From IMG/VR virus record IMGVR_UViG_3300028048_000001, positions 64,001-128,000 of that record: a stretch of DNA of 64,000 nt. One strand, 5' to 3'. A model generated the notes under the pieces. That model worked only from the letters and a program-made list of their open reading frames with translations, had not been told where the DNA came from and did not search any database. Both the position numbers and the translations under genes were made by a program. Shown piece after piece: positions 49,360-58,100 of this stretch (positions within the stretch are counted from its first letter, which is position 1; every line of letters starts with the position of its first letter). The stretch comes from a virus (lineage: Duplodnaviria; Caudoviricetes).

Positions 49360-49376
49360 TAATTATAATAATAGAA
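49360..49376 (+). promoter_or_regulatory. Variant early-type promoter motif
   Basis: TAATTATAATAATAGAA upstream of repeat gene 2. Confidence 0.45.
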
Positions 49377-49426
49377 TAGAAGATAGATAATAATTTTATT
49401 TACAATTTTATAAAATGGAGGAAAAT

Positions 49427-50458
49427 ATGAATAATTTAAATCTTAATATTGGACTTTTTAGTTTGAGTCAGATAGAAGTGATTTATCGTGGTCTTGAAGA
49501 AGGATTAGATGTATCTATATATGCTGATCCTAAGTTTGATAATGATCAGATGGAAATAATTCGTTATGGACTTAAAGATGGATTAGATGTATCTATATAT
49601 GCTGATCCTAAATTTAACTGGGAACAGATGGATGAAATCCGTCTTGGTTTAAAAGATGGATTAGATACATCTATTTATACAAATCCTAAGTTTGATTGGG
49701 ATCAGATGGAAACAATTTATCGTGGACTTAAAGATGGATTAGATGTATCGATCTATGCTGATCCTAAATTTGACTGCTCTCAAATGTATCAAATTCGTCT
49801 TGGATTAGAAGATAAATTAGATGTATCTATTTATGCTGATCCTAAGTTTGATAGTTATCAAATGAGTCAAATTCGTTTTGGTTTGAAAGATAAATTAGAT
49901 GTATCTATCTATGCTGATCCTGAATTTAAATACTTTCAAATGGATGAAATTCGTCTTGGTTTAAAAGATGGATTAGATGTATCTATTTATGCTGATCCTA
50001 AATTTAGTGGTATTAAAATGTATCAAATCCGTCTTGGGTTAGAAGATGGATTAGACGTATCTATTTATGCTGATCCCAAGTTTGATTGGGAACAGATGGA
50101 TGAAATTCATCTTGGTTTGAAAGATGGGGTAGATGTATCTATCTATGCTGATCCTGAATTTAATTGGGAACAGATGGATGAAATCCGTCTTGGATTAGAG
50201 GATGGATTAGATGTATCTGTTTATGCTAATCCTAAGTTTAATAATGATCAAATGGAAATAATTCGTTATGGTCTTAAAGATAGATTGGACGTATCTATAT
50301 ATATTGATACTAAGTTTAATTATAGTCAGATGAGAGAAATTTATCGTGGCCTTAGAGATGGATTAGACGTATCTATTTATGCTAATCCTAAGTTTGATAG
50401 TAATCAAATGGAAATAATTCGTTATGGTCTTGAAAGTAGATATTTATGGTGTTTCTAA
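49427..50458 (+). CDS. 26-aa tandem repeat protein 2 (13 repeats, last partial)
   Basis: Same repeat; start reassigned to the ATG at 49427 behind GGAGG. Confidence 0.9.
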   Translation: MNNLNLNIGLFSLSQIEVIYRGLEEGLDVSIYADPKFDNDQMEIIRYGLKDGLDVSIYADPKFNWEQMDEIRLGLKDGLDTSIYTNPKFDWDQMETIYRGLKDGLDVSIYADPKFDCSQMYQIRLGLEDKLDVSIYADPKFDSYQMSQIRFGLKDKLDVSIYADPEFKYFQMDEIRLGLKDGLDVSIYADPKFSGIKMYQIRLGLEDGLDVSIYADPKFDWEQMDEIHLGLKDGVDVSIYADPEFNWEQMDEIRLGLEDGLDVSVYANPKFNNDQMEIIRYGLKDRLDVSIYIDTKFNYSQMREIYRGLRDGLDVSIYANPKFDSNQMEIIRYGLESRYLWCF

Positions 50459-50499
50459 GTTTAATTGAAAAACAAATACATTTAAATTGAAATGTAGAT

Positions 50500-50531
50500 A
50501 AAGAAAATAGGGATTAATCCCTATTTTCTTT
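50500..50531 (+). terminator. Intrinsic terminator (duplicate of 49312-49343)
   Basis: Identical 32-bp palindrome plus T-tract. Confidence 0.85.
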
Positions 50532-50546
50532 TTTATTTTTAATTAT

Positions 50547-50562
50547 ATATTATAATATTGAA
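50547..50562 (+). promoter_or_regulatory. Early-type phage promoter motif
   Basis: ATATTATAATATTGAA upstream of repeat gene 3. Confidence 0.65.
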
Positions 50563-50602
50563 ATAAAAGATAAATAATAATTTTATAAAATGGAGGAAAA
50601 AT

Positions 50603-51316
50603 ATGAATGATTTAAATCTTAATATTGGACTTTTTAGTTTGAGTCAGATAGAAGTAATTTATCGTGGTCTTGAAGAAGGATTAGATGTATCTATATACGC
50701 TAATCCTAAGTTTGATGTTTTTCAAATGGGAGCAATTTATCGTGGACTTAAAGATGGATTAGATGTATCGATCTATGCTGATCCTAAATTTGACTGCTCT
50801 CAAATGTATCAAATTCGTCTTGGATTAGAAGATAAATTAGATGTATCGATCTATGCTGATCCTAAGTTTGATAGTTATCAAATGAGTCAAATTCGTTATG
50901 GTCTTAAAGATGGATTAGATGTATCTATATACGCTGATCCTAAGTTTGATAGTGATCAAATGGAAATAATTCGTTATGGTCTTAAAGATAAATTGGATGT
51001 ATCTATCTATGCCGATCCTAAGTTTGATTGGGAACAGATGGATGAAATTCGTCTTGGATTAAAGGATGGATTGGATACATCTATTTATACTGATCCTAAG
51101 TTTGATTGGGATCAGATGGAAATAATTCGTTATGGTCTTAAAGATGAATTAGATGTATCTGCTTATGCTAATCCCAAATTTAACTGGGAACAGATGGATG
51201 AAATCCGTCTTGGTCTAAAAGATGGATTAGATGTATCTGTTTATGCTAATCCTAAGTTTGATAATGATCAGATGAAAATAATTCGCTATGGCATTAAAGG
51301 TAAATATTTACGGTGA
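50603..51316 (+). CDS. 26-aa tandem repeat protein 3 (9 repeats, last partial)
   Basis: Same repeat; N-terminus nearly identical to protein 2. Confidence 0.9.
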   Translation: MNDLNLNIGLFSLSQIEVIYRGLEEGLDVSIYANPKFDVFQMGAIYRGLKDGLDVSIYADPKFDCSQMYQIRLGLEDKLDVSIYADPKFDSYQMSQIRYGLKDGLDVSIYADPKFDSDQMEIIRYGLKDKLDVSIYADPKFDWEQMDEIRLGLKDGLDTSIYTDPKFDWDQMEIIRYGLKDELDVSAYANPKFNWEQMDEIRLGLKDGLDVSVYANPKFDNDQMKIIRYGIKGKYLR

Positions 51317-51472
51317 TTCTAAGTTTGATAGTGATCAAATGAATATAATCCGTAGTAGTTTTGATAGATGATTAAATGCATATGTGTATCTTAAGTTTGA
51401 TTAATTGAAAAACAAATACATTTAAATTCTATTTTTAATTAGATAATTTAAAATTAAAGGAGGATATAAATT

Positions 51473-52285
51473 ATGAATAATATGTATAATGGATATACTT
51501 TTAATTCTATTAAAATGAACGAAATTCGTTTTGGCTTAAAAGATGGATTAGACGTATCTATATATGCTGATCCTAAGTTTGATTGGGAGCAGATGCGTGA
51601 AATTCGTATTGGCCTTAGAGATAGATTAGATGTATCTATTTATGCTGATCCTAAATTTAATTGGAAACAGATGCGTGAAATTCGTATTGGCCTTAGAGAT
51701 AGATTAGATGTATCTATTTATGCTGATCCTAAATTTAGTGGTATTAAAATGTATCAAATTCGTCTTGGTTTGAAAGATGGATTAGATGTATTTATTTATG
51801 CTAATCCTAAGTTTGATTGGGAACAGATGGATGAAATCCGTCTTGGTTTGAAAGATGGATTGGACGTTTCTATCTATGCTTATCCTGAATTTAATGATTA
51901 TCAAATGGGTCAAATTCGTCTTGATTTAAAAGATGGATTAGATGTATCTATTTATGCTAATCCTAAGTTTGACTTCTTTCAAATACGTGAAATTCGTCTT
52001 GGTTTGAAAGAAGGATTAGACGTATCTATCTATGCCAATCCTGAATTTAGTATTTATCAAATGTATCAAATCCGTCTTGGATTAGAGGATGGATTGGATG
52101 TATCTGTTTATGCTGATCCTAAATTTAATGATTGTCAAATGCATCAAATCCGTCTTGGTTTAAAAGATGGATTGGATGTATCTATCTATGCTGATCCTAA
52201 GTTTAGCAGTGATAAAATGCATCAAATTCGTCTTGGCTTAAAAGATGGAGTGGATGTATCTATTTATAAGGAGGATAAATTATGA
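51473..52285 (+). CDS. 26-aa tandem repeat protein 4 (10 repeats)
   Basis: Same repeat; AAGGAGG RBS. Confidence 0.9.
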   Translation: MNNMYNGYTFNSIKMNEIRFGLKDGLDVSIYADPKFDWEQMREIRIGLRDRLDVSIYADPKFNWKQMREIRIGLRDRLDVSIYADPKFSGIKMYQIRLGLKDGLDVFIYANPKFDWEQMDEIRLGLKDGLDVSIYAYPEFNDYQMGQIRLDLKDGLDVSIYANPKFDFFQIREIRLGLKEGLDVSIYANPEFSIYQMYQIRLGLEDGLDVSVYADPKFNDCQMHQIRLGLKDGLDVSIYADPKFSSDKMHQIRLGLKDGVDVSIYKEDKL

Positions 52286-52842
52286 ATAATATGTATAATG
52301 GATATGCTTTTAATTCTGATGAAATGGATGAAATTCATATTGGGTTAGAAAAAGGATTAGACGTATCTATATATGCTAATCCTGAATTTAATGATTATCA
52401 AATGCATCAAATTCGTCTTGGGTTAGAGGATAGATTGGATGTATCTGTTTATGCTGATCCTAAGTTTGACTTCTTTCAAATGGATGAAATTCGTCTTGGT
52501 TTAAAAGATGGATTAGACGTATCTATTTATGCTAATCCTAAATTTAACGATTATCAGATGTATGAAATCCGTCTTGGTTTGAAAGATAAATTGGATATAT
52601 CTATCTATGCTGATCCTAAATTTAGTGATTATCAAATGGATGAAATTCGTATTGGTTTAAAAGATGGATTAGATGCATCTATTTATGCTGATCCTAAATT
52701 TAACTGGTCTCAAATGCGTCAAATTCGTTTTGGCTTAAAAGATGGATTAGACGTATCTATTTATGCTGATCCTAAGTTTAGATGTGATAAAATGTATCAA
52801 ATTCGTCTTAGTTTAAAAGATGGATTAGATGTATCTATCTAA
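52282..52842 (+). CDS. 26-aa tandem repeat protein 5 (7 repeats)
   Basis: Same repeat; ATGA overlap with protein 4 and a shared MNNMYNGYxFNS start. Confidence 0.9.
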   Translation: MNNMYNGYAFNSDEMDEIHIGLEKGLDVSIYANPEFNDYQMHQIRLGLEDRLDVSVYADPKFDFFQMDEIRLGLKDGLDVSIYANPKFNDYQMYEIRLGLKDKLDISIYADPKFSDYQMDEIRIGLKDGLDASIYADPKFNWSQMRQIRFGLKDGLDVSIYADPKFRCDKMYQIRLSLKDGLDVSI

Positions 52843-52923
52843 ATAAATTCATCTTAAACTCAAAAACTTTAAATAGTAACTGATATTATTAACAGTATTG
52901 CAACTGAGATAAAATATAATATA

Positions 52924-52955
52924 AAAAGCTGTGAGAATTAATTCTCACAGCTTTT
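52924..52955. terminator. Bidirectional terminator
   Basis: AAAAGCTGTGAGAAT-TA-ATTCTCACAGCTTTT between convergent genes. Confidence 0.85.
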
Positions 52956-52960
52956 ATTTT

Positions 52961-53440
52961 TTAAAATGTATTAATATTTCTTAATCCAAAATTAGCGTTA
53001 TCAATATCTCCATTTTGCTTAATAGAATAATTTAATACTTCTAATTTAGCTCTATTTTTTATACTTTCTAACATCTCTTCTTCTGTTTCGAATGGATATC
53101 CAACTGATAATCGTAATTTAATACTATCAGTCATTTCTAACATTATTTTTTTCATAATATATTGAATAGAATTTTCTATATTTTGTTCATTCATATAATT
53201 TTCGCTATTTGGATCTATATTATAAATTTGCCATTCTAATAATGCTTGATTTACTAAATAGTCCATTAAATCTCTAGAATCTTTTATTGAATAATTACTT
53301 TTCTGAATAAAAACGTCTCTATCTCTGATAATTTCTGAGATGCTTTTTATAGTTTTTTGGTAATAAGTTAATTTTATAAAAACAATTATTGATATAAATA
53401 TAAAAAACAATAATAAAATTAATATAATAATTAAATTCAT
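52961..53440 (-). CDS. Membrane-anchored hypothetical protein
   Basis: N-terminal TM helix; AGGAG RBS. Confidence 0.6.
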   Translation of the reverse strand: MNLIIILILLLFFIFISIIVFIKLTYYQKTIKSISEIIRDRDVFIQKSNYSIKDSRDLMDYLVNQALLEWQIYNIDPNSENYMNEQNIENSIQYIMKKIMLEMTDSIKLRLSVGYPFETEEEMLESIKNRAKLEVLNYSIKQNGDIDNANFGLRNINTF

Positions 53441-53510
53441 ATTAAATCTCCTGTTGTAAAAGTTTTAAAGGATGTAATGAATAGGGGTGTATGATGCACC
53501 CCTTATTTTT

Positions 53511-54302
53511 TTATACCATTCCATTTATATATCCAAACGAATAATCAATTAAATTATTAGAATTGATATAATTGCTGTTATAATAATTAAATTCATTATA
53601 ATCTCCCCATGATTTTATAGTATCGGAAAGTTGATAATATTGTAAATCTGTAAGTTCATTATTTTTTTGGCAATTATTTATATATTTTATTACTTTATTA
53701 GCTATATCCATTGTAATACCATAACTATATTTTCTTAATAATTCTACCCAATTTCCAAAACACATACTGATAGGAATATACATATCAGGATTAGCATGAT
53801 ATATTTGATGTGCTGTTTCTGATAGCATTACAATAGGAATATGATTTTCTCTATGTTCTTGTATCAATAGATTTATAATATCAAAAGTTGTACATCTTCC
53901 TACTGTATTTAATATGTGTTGAGATATTAATATTGTGATATCATATATCGTTAAAAAATTATGATGCATTTCGATATCCGCCATTCCGTCTTGAATATTT
54001 CCTAGTATTTGACATCTATCTAATCCCATACTCATTAAATAAGCTTTATATCCTTTATATGCTCTAGATTTTCTAAATCTATGTATACAATTATCTATAA
54101 ACCTTTTATAGGTATCAACATCTGCTAATGTTTCTCTTGTTTGATAAAATTGTAATGGATATGGAGATATATTAAAATATATACTAGCTATTGGAGTATT
54201 TGGATTTATAAATTCTCTTGCCAAATAAATATCTATATCATTTTTATCAGCAATTTTTGTATTAGATAATTCTGTAAATTGATTTTCTATTAAATTATTC
54301 AT
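53511..54302 (-). CDS. His-rich HNH-like conserved phage protein; paralog of 32086-32919
   Basis: Shared motifs described for 32086-32919; late-type promoter at 54323-54336. Confidence 0.55.
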   Translation of the reverse strand: MNNLIENQFTELSNTKIADKNDIDIYLAREFINPNTPIASIYFNISPYPLQFYQTRETLADVDTYKRFIDNCIHRFRKSRAYKGYKAYLMSMGLDRCQILGNIQDGMADIEMHHNFLTIYDITILISQHILNTVGRCTTFDIINLLIQEHRENHIPIVMLSETAHQIYHANPDMYIPISMCFGNWVELLRKYSYGITMDIANKVIKYINNCQKNNELTDLQYYQLSDTIKSWGDYNEFNYYNSNYINSNNLIDYSFGYINGMV

Positions 54303-54397
54303 AATTATTCACCTTTATTTCAATTATTAAAAAGTAAATATTTTCTACTTTTACCACTTCAAATTAAAGTGATTTTTAATAATAGGAGAAAATAAAA

Positions 54398-55120
54398 ATG
54401 CCAAAATATAGATCAAAAAATTTTACAGATGCTGATATTAATAATATTATTAATTTATATGAATTAGGATATTCTATTCAGCAAATTAGAGATATTACAA
54501 AAATTGCTAAAGATGTAATAAAAAAATATCTTGTTATTAAATTTGATAATGAAATTCCTATAACTCTTGATGAAAAATCATATTTTAGAAAAACTTATAA
54601 AGCTGGAAAATCTATTACAGAGATTTCTCATATAACAGGAAGAAATTGTTCTGTTATTAGAAGATATATTAAAGATCTTATAACTGATAAAGAAAAAGAA
54701 GAAAAATGCAAAGAAAATGAATCAATATTAAAAAAGAAAGCAAATAAAAATTCTGAAGATATTATTAATATATATTTAAATTCTTCATATGAAATATCAG
54801 ATATCGCTAAATATTATAATACGTCTAATGATTCAATTAGAAAAGTTATTAAATCTTGGGTCGATAAATATACTACATATGATAAAATATTTGAAAAACC
54901 GATTAATATTATAAAAGAAAAAATATTTAAAGATTTTTATTGTAATATAGGAGATAAATATGAAGTAATAGTACATACTTTTGAAGACGGAAACAAATTA
55001 TCTGTTGCTACAATAAAAGAATTATATCCAAAAATTGTTATGACAGATAAAGGAAGTTTTTCTTATAGAGATATAATATTAAATTCTAAATTAATATCTA
55101 GAAATATTAAAAATAATTGA
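54398..55120 (+). CDS. Triple helix-turn-helix protein with small C-terminal domain
   Basis: GYSIQQIRDITKIAKDVIKKYL, GKSITEISHITGRNCSVIRRYI and YEISDIAKYYNTSNDSIRKVI. Confidence 0.7.
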   Translation: MPKYRSKNFTDADINNIINLYELGYSIQQIRDITKIAKDVIKKYLVIKFDNEIPITLDEKSYFRKTYKAGKSITEISHITGRNCSVIRRYIKDLITDKEKEEKCKENESILKKKANKNSEDIINIYLNSSYEISDIAKYYNTSNDSIRKVIKSWVDKYTTYDKIFEKPINIIKEKIFKDFYCNIGDKYEVIVHTFEDGNKLSVATIKELYPKIVMTDKGSFSYRDIILNSKLISRNIKNN

Positions 55121-55132
55121 CATCTATGTAAT
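55119..55132 (+). promoter_or_regulatory. Late-type phage promoter motif
   Basis: GACATCTATGTAAT upstream of 55154. Confidence 0.5.
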
Positions 55133-55153
55133 ACCCTATTAATGGAGGAATAA

Positions 55154-58100
55154 ATGGAAAAAGTAACTTTATCCAGTAAAGTATTTACTGAAAATCCATT
55201 ACTAGATGAAATAATATACAATATTAGACAATTAGCTATTGGAACAATATTAAAAGATCAAGATAAAGCTGATAATAATGAAACATTAGAATCTATTAAA
55301 GCTGGAGATGTTCTTATTAGTCTTAATAGAGGTCATTATAATTTTAATTTCTTTTATTATGATGAAACTTTATTAAGACAGATATCTGGATTAACAGAAG
55401 AAGAAATTATAGAATATTCTGCTGATAATAGTAAAATTCCTGAAAGTATAAGAAAACCGTTATTTAATATGGCATCAGAAACATTTTTAAATAATTATGT
55501 TGAATATAATAATTATTATAGAATGCTTCATGGTGAACCGGATTATGATGAAACTGGTGTATGGCAAGGACTTTGGATAGACGATAATTATATAGATGAA
55601 GAAATTCCAACATCATTAGATCATATATCTATTGCTTATAAAGAGGAATACGATAATAATGGTAATCTTATATCAAATTATAAATTAATTCATGAATTAT
55701 CTTTAGCTAAACAGATTATTCTTGATTCTAATGGTACATTGGATAATATAATAGAAAATGAAACATGGCTAACAGCTAATAATTTAGAAAGAGATAATGT
55801 ATTATATCTCTTTCATATGGGTGATAAACAAATAGAATATTATGATGCAAGAACAGCAGAAAAATTTGCTATGTTATATTGCCCATCTTGTGATTCTGAA
55901 GAAGTAAGAATAAGATATAAAGATTTATTAGAAGCTAATAGATTGTATTTATTATATACAGTATATTCTACAGCTTATAAATATAGATCTGATTATTATG
56001 ATAATTTTATGATGGTGTTTTTAATCATACAAACGATTATAGATATGATCGTAGAATTACCAGAATATTTAATAAGAAGAGATATATTTGATACAAGAAC
56101 AGCTAGATATATTTTTGAATCAAATGGTGTTAAATATTTTAAGGATATACCATTAAGATATCAAATAGCTCTTGTAAAAAATCTTAATAAATTGATTAAA
56201 TTTAAATCTACAGATAAATGTATTGTTGATATAATATCATTGTTTGGATTTAGAAATATTAATGCTTTTAAATATTATATTTTGAAAGATAGAAATGTAA
56301 ATAATCCAGACAATTTGGATTATTATGATAATACAAAAATTGTAACAGATGAAGAAGGAAATAGAGATATTGTTCCTGATAATGATACAAACTATGATGT
56401 TAAATTTATTAAAGTTCCATTATTAGATCCGATATATGATAATTATGCAAAAAAAGATCAAAATATATTAGAATATGATGAAATAACATTACCAGATGCA
56501 TATTGGACTGGAGACAAGCAATATGAAACAGTAAAATCTGGAGTTAAAGATCTTGATTTTACTGTACTTAGGTCTAAATATTATACAATAGAGGCTGTTA
56601 TAGATTTAGCAGAAAGAAATTTTTCTCTTGTATATTTTATGAATATTCTGATGTATAATAAAATAGATAAATCTTCTCTTAGAATAAATTTACCTAATAT
56701 TTCTACTACCAAAAAAGTAGAATTAGTAAATGCTATTTTAGCATTATATTCTCTTGGGTATATTTATTATGGGATAGAAGATACTATAATGGATAGTAGA
56801 TCTAAAATAGCAGAAATATTAGGATTTAATATGGAAGCAGATTTTGCAGCTATTGCTCAATATTTGCATGATAATCATAGAGGATTAACTTTAGAAGAAT
56901 TGTGTTATGGACATGATGCTGTAGAAAGACCAGGATTTACAGTACCTAGTGATGATAAAATTTATAGTTTTGAAGAGCTTAGAGCTATTTTCTTAAATAA
57001 TAGAGATATATATAAACATGTAATAGAAGTAATGCAAAATCCACCTAGCAAAGAAATATACAATGCTTATAGATATTTATATAAGACATTATTCATCATG
57101 GATATGAATCTTGAATATTTCCTTGTAGGGGATAATGATATTGTAGATGAATACAAATCTAATGGATATACAACCAGATTTATCAATATTCCAAAACCAG
57201 AAAATTATCAAAATCCAGATGTTTATGAATATGATATGAAATGTCTTACAAGTACTTGTAATGAAAATACTCTTTATTTTGAAATGAGTGATAATTTTAA
57301 TGATACTCATGAATTTAATCTGTATACTTATAATCCAGAAAATGAAGAGTTTATCTCATTAAATGCTACTGCTAAAATGGCTAGCACATATACAGAATAT
57401 ATGAGATATAATGATGGTAATGTATATAAATTTCTTGTACAAGTTGCTTCTATAGATGATGAAGAAAAAAGGCAAGAAACTTGTGTCAATGCTATTCAAC
57501 AGATTATTGGATATATTAAAGATTATGTAGATGAAGATAAAACTGAAGTTTATATGGATGATGTATTTTCTGGTTTACCATCTGTTTCGTTAGAATTTGT
57601 TAAATCTTATATAGAAGAGGTAATAGATTTCTTCAAATCCTTTAAGATATTTACTCATGAATCTTCTATTATGTATGTAATAGATGATAAGTTTGATCAA
57701 TATGTTCAATTAATAGATCATATTTTACTTAAATATTTATTTGATAAAGCTGAAATTATTAAAATTGAAGATTTTATTTCAAATTCTAAAGTAAATATTA
57801 CAGAAAAAGAACGAGCCGATCTTATAGATAAAGTATGGTTTAGTATGGATTGGTGGATAAGAAAAAATTATTCTGAATATTATGAGAATAATAGAAATGC
57901 TTTAGAGGAAAATACAAGGCATGAATTTGTATATTATTGTCCTCAGTGTGGAACTAAATTAAATTCTAATGATACAGTATGTCCTCAATGTGGGACAGAA
58001 AATAAAGTTCCTATTATATTTGATAATTATGCTTCATTTAATAAAGCAATAAGAGAGTGGATAGATAGAAGGACAACTTTTGAATTATATGATGAAATGT

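Larger units (their letters stand above)
48182..52842 (+). repeat. Array of about 53 imperfect 78-bp coding repeats spread across five genes
   Basis: The core gatggattagatgtatctatttatgctgatcctaa(a/g)ttt recurs every 78 bp (e.g. atgctgat at 48243 and 48321). Confidence 0.95.

Noticed and set aside
48143-52842. CRISPR array interpretation of the 78-bp repeats
   Set aside because: The units are in-frame coding repeats with synonymous variation, the variable parts are reused and share QM/I codons, and no cas genes are present.
48143-52842. Diversity-generating retroelement target
   Set aside because: No reverse transcriptase or non-coding template repeat in the window, and whole modules recur with identical codons rather than showing random adenine-specific changes. 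A distant RT cannot be fully excluded.
53483-53503. GC-rich hairpin as a structured ncRNA
   Set aside because: A single short stem (AGGGGTG/CACCCCT) after a stop codon; better explained as a weak terminator or stability hairpin.
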